The notes under the pieces were generated by a model. It searched no databases, had not been told where the DNA came from, and saw only the letters and a list, made by a program, of their open reading frames with translations. Below are positions 12,411-28,565 of a stretch of 64,000 nucleotides of DNA, in pieces. Position 1 is the first letter of the stretch, and each line of letters starts with the position of its first letter. Source of the stretch: Geosiphon pyriformis uo1 (taxonomy: Eukaryota; Fungi; Glomeromycota); NCBI GenBank assembly GCA_016748015.1, contig JAAOMT010000029.1, forward strand, positions 112,896 through 176,895. The letters run 5' to 3'. Made by a program: the position numbers and the translations under genes.

Positions 12411-14193
12411 GAGAGACGTTAATTTTTTTTTTGTAATAATTTGGACTTCTTTGGCATCCATAAAATTTCATTTTCCGGATGAAGTTTCTTAAAAATTTTT
12501 TAGTAAAAGGGAAATTAAAAATTAAAAATAGGTATTATATAGTGTATATAGAAAGCACTTGTTTTTAAGTTAATGGTTTGGCCATCTAGATAATATATTC
12601 TTATTTATTACATAAATAATTTCTTTAAACAATTTCAGGCTAAAATTTGACTCTGGTTTGTGAGTTAAATATATAAATAGTAAAAAAGTCAAAAGTTCCG
12701 ACATTTTGATTGGAAAACTTAAATAGAAAAGGGTTCTCTAGCACTAATTAGAGCAAAAATCAAATCATCATGAAATTTTTTTTTAGCATTAATTCCAAAT
12801 AAAGAAATTAATAAATATCAATTGATGTCAGAATTCCGAGTTATCAAAAGGTAAGGAAAAAGGGGAAGAAATTCAGCCTTTTTAGTTTTACGAGATATTT
12901 TTAGAATAACTTAAATCTTTATCGCTATTAAAAGAAGCAGATTGTATACGCGTGGAACAAATTGTTCTTTGGCATCGTAAATAATAATAAAATAAGCAAA
13001 TTCAATCACTTTAAAAATTGTAATCCTTCTATAATCAGGCTGATGAAACTTCATTCGGGTATTTCCGAAATTGGGATTATTTGTGAAACAAACCTCCTTT
13101 TAAAAGTGTAAATATAAATTATTTCATTTAGGTTACCCAATTAGGGCAGAATTAGGTTTGATCTCAAAAATTTCCTTGGTAGCAAGATTTATAAATTATA
13201 ATCAGCTAGGACACCAGAGAGCTGTAGCAAGTTCTATGCATGGAAAGTATTTCCTAAAACTTATTAGCTGAAAACGCATGTAATTGAACAGAAAGTTTGA
13301 AAATCTTGGTTTTTTTAAGTGAATGAATAAATTAGCTGCACTTTCCAATTAAAAGCTCTCTTTGCATATGTCAAGTCATAATGACAGCAGTAGTCAGAAA
13401 ACTGATAATGCACATTGAACTGTCTTCATTTTTTTGGTGTTTTCATAATAAATTTTTTTTTATTGTTAATAAAATTTCTTTTTTTATTATTACATTTAGA
13501 TCAATTCTAATAACTTTAAAATTTTCGGCGGTTTTTTCTACTAATAATAAAAAGTATCAGGTTTGAATTTGACTCGGGTGTTTTCTTTGCTTTTTGAAGT
13601 CTTTTTATTGAGATTTACGAAAGATTATACATTTTAGCAGGGGATTTATTAAGATCTGTTCGAATATTATGAATTTATTAGTAAATGGTGAATACGATAG
13701 ATCCATGTTTTATTATAAGATAATGGTGAATATTTTGTCAATCCTGAAAAAAAAAGAATTTCATTATTTTGCATTGATCTAGATTTTTATTATTTTTATT
13801 ATTATTTTTTGCAATTAGTTAATAATTTTTAGCCTCAAAGAGTCTTAAAATAACATTTTTAATTTTGTGATTTAATTTTCCTTAACAATTTATGAATATA
13901 TTGAAAAAAATAATTTTACTCAAATCAATTTCGAAAGTATTCAAATTGGACAAAAAAAGATGCTTGACGAAAAGTGAACCGCGGGTGATTTACAAAAATT
14001 AAAAGCTCTTGAACAATCATGATTCTATTCTTTGGGTGTCTTTTTGAGCGACTTATTGATAATAAATTAGTCATTGATATCCATTACCGATAAGATAAAC
14101 TTCTTTTTTAACACATTCTTTAGGTAGTCCTTAATAATATTGAGTTTTGAATTTGTTACTTTAAATATTAATGAAAATAAACAAAAATTTCTC

Positions 14194-14250
<57 letters not shown>
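14194..14250. repeat. (AAT)n microsatellite
   Basis: Seen directly. Confidence 0.95.
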
Positions 14251-14251
<1 letters not shown>

Positions 14252-16214
14252 TTTTGAAGAAGAAAATTTTCTTTGCTTATGAAAAAAAAAATAAAAAAAA
14301 TAAAAAACAAGAGAACAATGTAAAAGGGTTGGTATATTCTATTAATAATGTTACATAAACTTCGAGGTTTGAATTCCCCTGCTTTCTATTGCTCTTTTTT
14401 GTATTTTGCTCAAAAAATAATGTGAGTAAAAAAAATGCACAACCCCCCGCATATAACATTTGCAATTTCTATTTTGAATATTTTCACTTTCTTTCTGCAT
14501 TAATTTTTCATTTTGCTTCCTCCGGGGGAGATTTTTTACTTTTTTGACCAAACTGTTGTGAAAAACCTTATCGATTACCATATATGTCAAGTGAAAAGAA
14601 AAATCATTTCCTGATTTAAAAGATTCTGATTAATGATGGTGTATTTGAGAAATAAAAGAAGGATTTGATGGTCAGTTTTTGATTCTAAAATATCTGCACT
14701 CCTGTATCAAAGAATTTCAATTGTTTGGAAATTTTTTTTTTTTTGGTGTGTTACCTGCACAAATTGTTGCACCACGATAATATGTCAAAACTGGCATCGA
14801 AAACATTCTGATTACGTTAGTGAAAATTCCTTTGGAAAACCCCCACAAAATTATTAAAGCTGCAGGTTACGTAAGTAAAAAGTTTGTTATTATTTTTTAA
14901 GTTTTCACAGGAAAAAATTCCCTTTGTTCGTAATTAAATTAGAAATGTGGAAACACGAGTGTATAAAACAATTCATTTTACAGAGTGTCTGGATCATTCG
15001 AACAATTGAATACCTTATTTCAAGAATTTTAAGTTTCTACAGTATTATGAATATTCGGGATATTTATATTCTATAATTTTGAAATGTACGTGAGGAATAT
15101 TTCAAAAAAGTTCGCTGCATTGTGGAAAATACAATGGAATAAAAGGCGAAGGAAATTCGAGACACTTCATTAGCACTTTATGAGATTACATCAGTAAATA
15201 ATTATGACATTTTGAGGTTTTACCTCTTTAAATTCCCGCTAAACATTCTTTGACAAAAAATTTTCAACGTGTGGAAAAAGCATAATAATGTAACTGATGA
15301 ATGACCCGAACAACAAAAATATCTTTTAAAGTTTTCCGATTTGGGAAGACTTCGTTTTCTATTTATCGATCTCCCGTTTTTTCGTCGTGATCTATGTTCC
15401 AAACGTTTTCATTTTTTTTTCAATAGAGTGAGCAAAAATAAAAATGTTTTTTTTTTTTTTTTATTCAATTTGTTTAATTATTGGAATTAATATTTCTCCT
15501 TTATTAAAAGGTACGTCTCTCGAATGGCGGAATTTTGAGATGAAAAGTTACAGAGAAAATTTATGGAGACTTTGGAGCACAAAAAACTTTGCTATATTTT
15601 TTTTTCGTTAAATTAAAAGAACAATCGAATATAACCCGATTACATCCGTTTAAATCGTAGATTCCTGAACTTAACTTCTGTGTACCTCACAAATTAAGTA
15701 AATGCTGTGGGTAAAATCCCAAAATTGTTATATATAATATGGAACATGACTTTTGGTTGTCAATATAAGCTTTATAAATTGGCTAAAATACTTTATTATG
15801 AAATAAAATAAAATGCAAGCATTTGGGTGCGTAAAAATTGAAAAACTTTTTTATTTTTTTAATTTTATTTTTAATTTTTTTTATTTTTGAGTTGAATATA
15901 AAATCTATGAATATATCATGAGTTTTACGAATTTTTTCAAATATGACAACAATCTAAAATTATAAATTTCACATGATTTTCTCTTGAATCTCCTCAATAG
16001 GCGTGTATTATATTGAAACTTTGGTTTTTTAAAGTGTTTTGATATATATAAACTATTCAAAAATTTAATTGATTTAACGATTTAATGAAAAAAAATTTAC
16101 AAATATTTTACTTATAATGCCTACCTAGTGTAGCAAATTTTAAATATAAAAAAGTATTCAAGTCTTTGATCCAATTTTGTATCCTCTTATAAAATTTTAA
16201 ACTACCTACTAAGT

Positions 16215-16256
16215 GGTAAGTGGTGAGTGGTGAGTGGTGAGTGGTAAGTGGTGAGT
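16215..16256 (+). repeat. (GGTRAGT)6 heptamer minisatellite
   Basis: GGTAAGT GGTGAGT GGTGAGT GGTGAGT GGTAAGT GGTGAGT. Confidence 0.95.
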
Positions 16257-16410
16257 ATAGAAATTCCGATTGTAGATTCTTTATAAAATGCTAAAAAGAT
16301 TAACTATTTATAATGAGGGAAAAATCCAAATAGGGATACAATCAAAGCGTAATATGAATAATAGTACTTGTATAAGGAAATTTTTAAAATATTCCTATTT
16401 ATTTTTGGTT

Positions 16411-16504
16411 ATTGATTATTGATTATTGATTTGATTTGATTTGATTTGATTTGATTTGATTTGATTTGATTTGATTTGATTTGATTTGATTTGATTTGAT
16501 TTGA
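16411..16504. repeat. (ATTGATT)3 followed by (TTGAT)n pentamer repeat
   Basis: Seen directly. Confidence 0.95.
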
Positions 16505-17217
16505 ATTAACATGAGTTTTATTTTATTAAACGCTCTATATATCATATGTTTTAAGAAGGACATTGATAAAAAAGTCTTTCTTCTCATTGATGAAATCAAG
16601 CATTAGTAGCACAACTGGGAAAGTATTTCAACTAATTATCCTCTAATAATTTTTGATCCCTGGCCATAAGTGGGAACAATGGTAAAAGAAGCTGCATCAT
16701 TAGGTCATGCATCATTATAACGCTAAATATGGGTGAGATTTGATTTTGTTAAAATGCAGACAACCGTCATTATGAAAACTTTAATGCGCTTTGATAATTA
16801 ATTTCGAAATTTTTTTTTTTTTTTTAGGACATAAATTCTATAAAATTTAACTACATGTTTCATTTTAAAATTGAAAGATCATTTTATTATTTTTTTTAAG
16901 TTTATTATTTGTAAAAAAATAATAATTTTGAACTACCCTAAAAGTCATATATCTTGGTATTGACGTAAATATATAATTTATTAAACGTGCCAAATCATAC
17001 CAATAGATATACGGATTCTTTCATTTTTTGATAGAATTCTTTCGTTATTGAAAATATTTCATTTAATACATCCCTGTGACAAATGGAATGTCTTCATATT
17101 TGCAAATTTTTGTGTCCTTGATTTCAATCAAGCGAAAATAAATTTTCAAATCGCGCGCCCGAGAGATTTTTTTTTGAAGATAAATTTATTCAGATTTAAT
17201 GCACGAGATCGCATTTA

Positions 17218-17967
17218 TTATTCCATACAAGTACTGGTGTACTTTGGAATAATTTCTATAGTTTCTAATTTATCAAAAGGTAGATAATCAATGAAATTGG
17301 CATAAACTACTTTTTCTAAATTAATAAAGGCAAGAAAATTCAAAAAGATCCATTCAGGTATAGATATATAAATATATAAAAACCATAAAAATGCCGAGAA
17401 AACTAAGATTTTGGCGATCCTTACGTGTAATTTCTTATAAACACTAGTTCTACACTTGATTGCAAATAATATAGAAGTTAATGCAATAAAAATTAAAAGG
17501 GTAGCTGCAATCAGAGCGGAAACTTTTCTAATATTAACTCCTTTATGATAATCGTTCAAAGAAGAGGCGTTCAATTGTTTCAAAACGCCAATGATACCTA
17601 ATACCGAGGAGATTGGTGACATTATTCGGATATATTTTGAAAAAAATTGTTCTGTTTTCAAATTGTATGCTTGGGTTTCTTTCGCCGTCAATTGATAAAC
17701 CCACTCATCAAGAATGTTAAATAAAGGTTGAATCGCCAGAAAATAACTTCCCCCCTGAATTGCAGTAAATGAAATTTCCAAATTTTTTGATGAGGTCTCA
17801 TGTGATAATCCTACGCAGCAGGTTTGAATAAATGAAAACAAAAAGAGTTGCAGGTAAGGTAATCGCCAATAAGTGATAGTACGATAGGCTAAGAAAATAG
17901 TAGCTTGTCCAAATAATATGGAAAACAAAATTGACGGGCCAAGGGTTGGTGAAATTGAGCTTGACAT
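17218..17967 (-). CDS. RTA1-like/DUF7702-like multi-pass membrane protein (249 aa)
   Basis: Single uninterrupted ORF with about 6 hydrophobic helices. PSILFSILF..YLQLFLFSFI..LGIIG..GVNIRKVS follows the RTA1-like fungal pattern. Confidence 0.65.
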   Translation of the reverse strand: MSSSISPTLGPSILFSILFGQATIFLAYRTITYWRLPYLQLFLFSFIQTCCVGLSHETSSKNLEISFTAIQGGSYFLAIQPLFNILDEWVYQLTAKETQAYNLKTEQFFSKYIRIMSPISSVLGIIGVLKQLNASSLNDYHKGVNIRKVSALIAATLLIFIALTSILFAIKCRTSVYKKLHVRIAKILVFSAFLWFLYIYISIPEWIFLNFLAFINLEKVVYANFIDYLPFDKLETIEIIPKYTSTCME

Positions 17968-18825
17968 CTATATATTTTAACTGCCGATTAAAAATCAAAG
18001 AGTCACTAGAATATGTCGAGGAAATCAAAGAAACTATCCTTAATTTTAATTTTTCTTTGATCTTTGATGGTGAAATGATAAGGAGCCGAGCAAAGCCTGT
18101 GTTTCAACATTAAATATTTTGATTATCAAGCAAAAATATAATTCACTGCCAGTAATATGAACGCCTCAATGTATATATTTATGGCAAAGCTCATTGAAAT
18201 TGGTCTTTCCTGTTCACTAACATGTCTATTAATTTTTGCTACGGCAAAGGTAGAACCGGATACAATTGCCAGAATAGGTTTACCACTGACAACAACAAAT
18301 TATTAGCTTTAACCTTTTATGAAATAAATGGTGTACAGTTTACGATAAAAATACATCAGTCATTTGTTACGCTTATTTAACTTCCTATTTGGTATAGTGA
18401 AAGATGGGTTCATCCCTTGTAAGGAGTTGCATTGTCAATCTGCACATTTATGGAGCTCAGCATAGATCATTAAGATATATTATAAATCAATTCATATAAA
18501 TAGTTAAACGAGAAGCTTGCAACACACCCCCAATTGCGCCAAATCGTTTTACTTGGAATATTTTACTTTTTTTGTAATTTTCAATTGGTTTAATGAGTTG
18601 TTTTAAATTCTGTATGTGATTTACTTATTTGATACAAACTTTATAATACTCATATTTGTATATCCCAATACCCCTATTAATTCTTTTGAAATTAACGAAA
18701 TTTTAAATATATCTAACAAACTGTTTTCTTTTTTTTATTTAAATATCCGCTCACCGACAAAATCTCCCTCTGTCACCAAATTATCTCTTTCAAAAAAATC
18801 ACAAGCCCAAACCACTAAACACGGC

Positions 18826-20782
<1,957 letters not shown>

Positions 20783-21439
20783 TAACAACCTCTTGTATTT
20801 TATAGCTTTGTGAAGGCTCAAAAATGAAGAGGACATTTGAAATTTAGAAAATTTTTCTCACTTGTATTCATATATATATATGTAATTAGTATTTAAAATC
20901 TTTTTATTTTATTGATAGGTTTGAAATTGAAACTGATTTAAAGTTTTTATTTCAAGGACTATTAATATTTTTAAGGCACGATTAATCTTCTCACTTTTTA
21001 TAACATTTTTATTTATCACCAATCAGTTGTGCTAGTAAACCTTTAAACTTTTGAGATATTTGAAATGAAGTTCAGTTCTTAATTAAGAAAAATTAAATCT
21101 TCGTAAGGAAACGGGCATTGGCGTTGACAACTAACTTAAACCTATGACAGATTAATCATAGTTTTCATTGAAATTTAATTATCTGCGTTAAAAGATTGGC
21201 ATTTCTAGGCCTCGAGATTTCCCACCTAAATAAATAACAATACCACGTAAAATACTGCTATTTGCCTAGTATTACTTATTATTTGCCGCCCTTTTGACTT
21301 CACCCGCCTTCGCCATTCCACTAAAAAGGTAATTAATAAAAGCATTTACCTTCTTTGTTCGCTTTATTATTCTTGATTTTCTCTTTTCGATTAAAATGGT
21401 AAGTAATAAAATTATTACCTTTTTCTTTTTTTCCTCTTT

Positions 21440-21505
21440 TGTTGTTGTTGTTGTTATTGTTGTTGTTGTTGTTATTGTTGCTGTTGTTGTTGTTGTTGTT
21501 GTTTT
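21440..21505. repeat. (GTT)n microsatellite at the edge of a degenerate region
   Basis: Seen directly; it produces poly-T/N/V pseudo-ORFs. Confidence 0.9.
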
Positions 21506-23400
21506 TGTTATTGCTGTCACTATCTTTATCATTGTCACTTTTTGCCATCATCCTCTTTCAATCATCACCTTGATTAATACGATCTGGATTATAAAAGTTA
21601 TCCTTTACTTTCTCTTTATTTCCTGAGCTAGTTTATAAAAATGTTAATTTTACTATCATTACCACCATCCTCAAGAAAGATTATTTCTATGCATGTGTCT
21701 TTAAGACCAAGCAAAAGAGAAATTCAAACAACAAAAGCAGCTCTTTAAGACCCTATTGGAATGAGCAAGTTGTTAAATGATCTCAGAAATTGTAATTACT
21801 CATTGTAACTATCTTTGCTGCTTCATTTTTGATTTTTTTCAACATGTTTTCTCTCTTTATTTATGGTCTTTTTTGATGAGTTGACCTTTAATAAACATGA
21901 GTTGGCTGAAGAATTTTTGTCTTTAATATTGTTTTCATTTGTAAAATAAAAGAATAATGAGTAGCAAGATAAAAAAGAGAGCATAAAAATCAAAAAGTGC
22001 AAAAAAATGATAACAGTTTGCAATAAATGTTAAAAATCAGAAAATATTCTCAATTATACATCATCGATCAAAATGTTTTCATATAAAGTAATAAATAAAA
22101 TTGGCCAAATTTGTTTTAAAAACAGTAATAAAATGAAACAAAATGTCAAATTAGAAAAAAACAAGTTGGTATTATAAAAAAAAGTTTGTTGAAGTCTATG
22201 ATAATTTAGCTATTTAGATTCAATAAAAGTTTTAAGCTTAATTCTGTTAATATTATAAGTAAAACAATTGGTTACACAGAATAAAGTTATTAAATATAAT
22301 ATACAACAACAATAAAATGCATTAATACTATATATTATTACAGTTTGTGTTTAATATTTTAACAAATAAACAAAATTAACTTTTTATTATAAGACTTCAA
22401 AAACTATTGTTTTTGTAATTTATGAATTTGATGTTATTACTTTTTTTAACTAAGAATATTATTAATCTTAACAATATTGAAGTTTGTATTATTATCAAAA
22501 ATAAAGTTAATATATTTAAAACTTGCAATTAATGTAAAAAAAATCCAAAACATTAAATATAACTTTAAAACTTTTTTATGTAGTTAAACATAAAATATAT
22601 ATATATATATATATATATTTTAGAATTAAGCAAATAATAATCAAAACAATTATATATTATGCAGTTTTAAAAATAAGTTCCAAATGTAAATAAAATTGTT
22701 AATCTAGTCATTGATTAGTTATTTATTTTTATAAACAAAAAATTTTTAAAGCACTAATTAACAAATAAAATTATAACAGTTATGTGATTTTTTTATCTTT
22801 AAAAAGATTAGTATATTTTTCTTAATTATTTTATTTTTTGCATGTGTTATTTTGATTTGTAATAATATATACATAATCAACAAAAGTAAAACTGAAATTT
22901 TATTGTATAATAATATTAGAATTTATACAAATTAAAATAACATACAATAAACAATATTAAAAACAATTATTTAATTTTATTATTTTAACAAAAAATTTAA
23001 AAACAATATTTAAAAAACTAATTTACAATAAAACGATTCAAAAAATTATTTATTGTTTTATAATGAATACCAAAAAAAAACAATAATTGTTCTAATAAAA
23101 AGAGTGCTATAACATGCAACTAAAAACTATTTAATATTGTTAACTTTTAAAATAATTATTCATTTAAATTTATGCAGAATTTAGAATTTGCTCTTTAAAT
23201 CTAAATATTTGTATTTTTTACTTGATTATAGCATAGAAAAATTGCTGTTAAGAATACATAAAAACTTGCTTGTTTCCTTTTTGTTTTTGATGATTTTAGC
23301 CAAAATATCTGTTAAAAAGCAACATTTGATGCAATATGTTTAAGCACAAATGTACTCCCATATTAAAAACAATGCTAATGAAATTCACAAATAAATTACA
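21500..23400. mobile_element. Highly degenerate AT-rich repeat/transposon relic (family not identifiable)
   Basis: Very low GC, CpG nearly absent, and stop-riddled K/N/I-rich frames. Confidence 0.35.
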
Positions 23401-23639
23401 TTTAGTTTACCCAGAATTTTGAAATTATTATAATTTCAAAATTTAATATTGGTCAAATGGAAAAAGAACTGTGCATCAAAAATAAATAACAAAACAGTAC
23501 AAAGTATGATAACATGAACTCATGTAAGATTTAAACAAAGACTGAAGCCCAAAGCCAAGGATTTGACAAGCATGTTTTTTTGGTATTTGAGACAAAAAAA
23601 TGCAGTTAGTATAAATGGGATAACAATAAGCCGAGAGAA

Positions 23640-24150
23640 AAAAAGGTCTTCAAGTGTTGGCAATAGGATCTCTATATAAATAAAGATATTAATGGGTGTA
23701 CATGAAATATTTCTTCAGACCTTATTAGATGACTAATAGCCACCCCTTAAATCATCATATGTTCAATTTGGTGCTCCCCTAAGGATAGTTCCATCCAGCA
23801 AACTCACGAGTGCCTTATTCACATATACAATTTCCCGTGTCCAAACAGAGCCCGTTAATTCTATCTCTCTTCAGCATTATCGTGGTAATACCTAATAAGA
23901 TAATACAGAGTTAAGATTTAGTTTCTTAAAAATTTAAAGAACAAACTTCTTATATAATATAACGGCAGGTATTTTTTTAACTTCAACTTTTGAAGCTACC
24001 CCCTATTAGCCAGTCGTATCAAATATTAATTTGCTTTTCCAATATGATCCGCCAATGTTATTCAATGTACTTTACCCTGAGTATTTTCATCAAAAAAACA
24101 AACAATGACCCATACCTCATTTATCTCTTGTATTCGGTTCTGATTAAAAC
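23640..24150 (-). pseudogene. Decayed coding remnant of unknown family
   Basis: Gene-like GC content. The minus frame reads EIELTGSVWTREIVYVNKALVSLLDGTILRGAPN*TYDDLRGGY*SSNKV*RN, with TGA/TAG stops compatible with C-to-T changes in CGA/CAG. Confidence 0.3.
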
Positions 24151-24942
24151 ATAGAAAATGTATTAGCTCTTATTTTAAGCAGTTAAACTTTTGGCTTATT
24201 TAGAATTTATTTTCATTAAAGCCATTATTATCTTTTTGTGGCTGATTTCGTCAAATTTCAGGATAACTAATAAAAGAAATTTTTAATCCAACTTTTCAAG
24301 TCTTATAAAAGACTGTATTCAGCTTTAGCTTTAGGTTTAGTTAGATAAGTTTTAGTTAAAATTTTTATTTTGTAGTTTCCCCAGTCGAAATACTTTTTAA
24401 ATACTTGTTCCAATTTTCCTCTATTATCCAACCACTGAAAATCAATTTCGTATTAGATCAGACATCTTCCGAAGACAAAAAAATTTTTTTTTTTTAAAAA
24501 AAAACAGGTTCTCAAGAACTAAAAGGAAAGCGTAACAGCCTCGTAATGATCTCCAAAAGAAAGTCACCATTGCTGAATTAAAATTTGCCGACTCAAAGTT
24601 CACATTAAACTGTGATCGTTTAAACAGCTACAATTGATGAATGGTTGACAGAATTTTGACATGAATACGTTGATTAACTCAAATGACTAATAAATCTCAT
24701 GTCTAACATTAAGAGAATGAAATCTTATATGAAATGAGTTAATCAAGTCATCTTAATTTTCATTATCATGATTTGCAACAAAAATTAATGGTGAGGTGTT
24801 TTTGATTTCCATGTCATATTTATTACGAGAAGGGAGGGAGATATAGCTTAATTTAAAAAGTCAAAAATTTATATATAAAATAATCCCTTTAATTTTTTGT
24901 ATCTTAATTGTTTTAATATTTTAATATTTTTTATACATTATA

Positions 24943-25856
24943 ATGTCAAATTTTTCCCACACTGGCTCTAATTTTACTTCAACAAGTATAAATCGCCATA
25001 AAAGACTTGTAATTTTGGCTCCAAGACCTGTAGACAAACAATATGTTACCCTTAAGCATTTTGTTGATGCAAAAGGATCGGATTATAAAAAATTTAGGGT
25101 AAGAATTTTTATCCTAAAATGTTTAAATTTTCTCAAAAATCAAGATTTTATTAAATGTAATTTTTCTCAGCAATGCGGTAATGAAATAGTAGCCAAGTTT
25201 TGTGAAATAGATTGTAGATTTGAGCATCAAAATCCGAGGATCCAAAATTTGTGCATTCAAACGGTAATTGTCCAGAGAATAAAATTTAGTTAGTTACTAA
25301 AACGTTTCTGACCTTTAAATTTCTTCCTTTATTAATAAACAGCTCATCAAAGAGTATCCAGAATTGGGCAACCACGAATGGGTGGCTGAAGAACTTTTCA
25401 AAACCCTTTTATTGAATAAAATAAAACACCTTAGACATAAGCAAATACAGAATTTTCATAAAGTCAGATATGTTCTCTGGGTTTATATTTCATTTCGCTT
25501 GCAAACTAAAACTTCAACTTAACATTATATATATCATTCCGAATTTTTAGCCTCTCCCAAGTGAAAACAATATCCATCGTAAAATAATTTCTAGTCGGCG
25601 TCAGCAAATAAAACCCCTTCCGAGACTATTGAAGCATGATTATCCCTCAACATTTATCGCTGCTAAAATCTCAATAGCCAGTGAAAGCTTTCCCATACCC
25701 GTCTCCAGTGAATTAAAATCGACTTTTATCAAAAATACTGGCAGGATCGAATCCCAAAAAGAATTAACGGTAGATAAAGGGGAATATGTTGAGGAAGATA
25801 AGGCACATGATTGGGAAAACGTGGTAGAACTGAGCTGTGCTGACGAGAACGATTGA
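24943..25856 (+). CDS. Hypothetical protein (~224 aa)
   Basis: Exons 24943-25098, 25171-25263, 25343-25462, 25551-25856; all three GT-AG introns are phase 0 and join in frame. Confidence 0.7.
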
Positions 25857-27696
25857 ATTAGAGATTTTCATAAAATAGCAAACATATTCTGATCCGATTA
25901 AGCTATACTTTTCACTAGCTGTCTTTGTTAGATTTTGAAATTTATTGCTTTAAAATTGAAGAAAAGATTTAAACCATCAATTATTTGCTTTTTAGTCATA
26001 TGATATGTTTTTTAAAATATATATCATTAACTTTTCATGAAAAAATATAGTTGGGAACAAAAATTAATAGTTAAAATTTATAAATCTTTTTACTATAATT
26101 AAAATAAAATTATGCTACCAAAAGCTGTAATTAATTTTTAATTTTATTTGGAAAAAACTTTTTTTTTCAATGGTAAATTAAAAACAATTAAATAAAATAT
26201 AATTAGAGTGAATAAAATTTATTAATTGTCATTAGATATGGTCTCTGCTATTTATGCTTAACAGACATAAAAATATAATCCAATATCTTTGTATAAACAT
26301 TAAAGACTGTTATTTTTGAAATATTTATACTTTTTACAATTTTAGAACAGAGGAAATATCAAATAACAAAAATAATAGTATATTAGGTACAAACTTGAAT
26401 GCAAAGACTAGTTTCAATTTGAAAAAAATATTGAAAAATTTAATCAACATGAACTTCATATTTTTATACAATAAAATTATGAAGATATATTAAAAAAGAA
26501 TCTTAAATCAATTTAAAATTAGTTTCATAAAAAGGATTTTAAATTTTTTTATTTAATATATAAATATAAAAAATTAAATATATTATTAAAAACAAAAAAT
26601 AAAATTTACAAATATTATTCTTTTTTGAATAAATCTAAACAATAATTATTAATGATACTTAATTCACATTAATTAAAAGAATAATTTTTATTTTATATAT
26701 TTGCATACACTCTTGTTAAGTAAACTTTTCATTGACACTGACTCGAATAGTTAATTCTTCAAAAAAAAACTTTTCAAAAAGATCATTTAGTCACTATTAC
26801 TATTTTTACTTACAATTTTAACAGTGAAAATTTTATGATTATTTAAAAATTAATTAATTAATCTATATTCATTATATATTTTTAATATCTAAAAAGAATA
26901 ATTATAAATTACTAAAAAATCAAGTAACCTAAACTTTTTATTTTAATAAAATAAAAAAATTACATTAATATACTAATTTTATTAATTTATTACATATATT
27001 TTTATTATTATACAGGTTCTTTATGTGTGATTTAATAATAGTTTATATGTATTTTGGCATACTATCAACTAATTCTTCAAGTTTCAAAATAAATATTCTT
27101 TTAACTTGAAGCCACAAATTTTCAATTAAATTAAGGTTCGGACTATGAAAGTGCATGCAAACCACATGCATTATCATCTTGAAACCAGCATTTTTTTTTG
27201 TTTATCTTGCATATAAGTAATAGAGAATTTCAACATATGTATTACCAGTGATTTGATTTTTGGATTTTTCCATTCCTGTACATCTAAATGTTTGTATTTT
27301 GGCGAAAATCCCTCTTACCAAGAGTAATTTTCAAGCAGCAAACAGCAAATATCTGGGAATAATATTCCTCGTTACTATCTAAAATAATTGGAGATAAATG
27401 AGGTAAAGAATTCGTCGACATTTAAGAATGGGAATCATGATTAGTTTGTCAATTTTTTATCTCGCATTATTAAAGGGTAAAATAAATGATTGGGATTGAC
27501 GGACAATTTATTTATGTCCGAAATGGTAAAACGTTTTGAAAGATTTACCGTTTATATGGGAAATAATTTGATGTGGGGTAATTATAAAAACTTATTTATA
27601 TTAGTGCGACAAAATATTTCAACGTGTTCTTTAAAAAAAAAAAAGCTATGCAAAATTTACTTGTCTTAACTGAGAATTTACTTTTTTAATAGATAA

Positions 27697-28499
27697 ATGA
27701 GCCTTTCTGAACTTTTCAAATACAAATTACCCTATTTTGGGACAAAAACTAGAGTTAAATGGACTAGAATCTTTTTGACCTTTTTGTTTTCATCCTATAT
27801 TTTAGGAGTTTTAAAGGACAAAAACAAGAACTTTCTAGTAAATATGCTAACCGATTATAATATAACTGAAATAAAATACTTTGAGAAGCCTGTTAAGAAT
27901 TTCATTTCAAGAGACATTCCCCACTTTGGAAATTTTATGACGATAGTAGATAGGCAATTTTTTGAATCACCTGTCGTTGATCCTATAATCCTAAATAGTT
28001 TGATTCAAAGTGCAAGTTTCGCAAGCCAGGCAGCATGCCTCACTGGAATAAAATACAAAATGGCACATAATCTTTGGGGTAACGTGTCATCTCCATAAAA
28101 TATCCCAAATTTTTTTGAATTTGCTTAAAATTTTATCTATTTTTACAGCACAAATTTTTATCAACTCCAAATCCAACCCTAAACTCGATTTGTCACGAGA
28201 AGTCATAGTAGTCATCAAGAGCAGCGAATATCAATATAAAGCGTGGAAAACTAGGGAAAAAAAATTCACAAAGTATGTAGAGGGAAACGTTGATTTCAAT
28301 TTTTACAAAAAATGGAAAAAAGCTAGTACCAAATTTTTTGAAATGTGGAATGAGTTTAAATTACAAAATCTAAGTCAGAATGTGATTTACAAAATGAGAT
28401 TTATTGGGTTTGGCATAGGAGGAGGTAAGAATTTTTGTTGAATTTTTAAAAATACTATTTTATCGGTAAATATTTAGTCCAAATGAATTCTAAATTTTT

Positions 28500-28565
<66 letters not shown>

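Noticed and set aside
12241-12492. Poly-Tyr and poly-Ile ORFs (also the poly-N, poly-T/V, poly-K and poly-Q ORFs at 14140, 21272-21626, 28498, 28837, 60829)
   Set aside because: They are translations of microsatellites or intronic poly(T).
14320-14390. tRNA T-arm-like gaggtttgaattcccc (similar at ~63862)
   Set aside because: No D-arm, anticodon arm or acceptor stem can be folded.
14780-15080. Donor GTAAGT (14872) and acceptor-like sites suggesting a small spliced gene
   Set aside because: No start codon and spliced frame gave a credible protein.
16215-16504. Telomeric or CRISPR-like array
   Set aside because: There are no spacers, the units are not TTAGGG, and the location is internal in eukaryotic DNA.
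18616-18825. 70-aa N-terminal extension of the CaMK in the ORF track
   Set aside because: It begins at GTG in UTR-like AT-rich sequence; ATG 18826 is the likelier start.
23415-23443. 13-bp inverted repeat (also imperfect ones at ~1603-1650 and ~11303-11326)
   Set aside because: They are AT-dominated or imperfect, as expected by chance at this composition.
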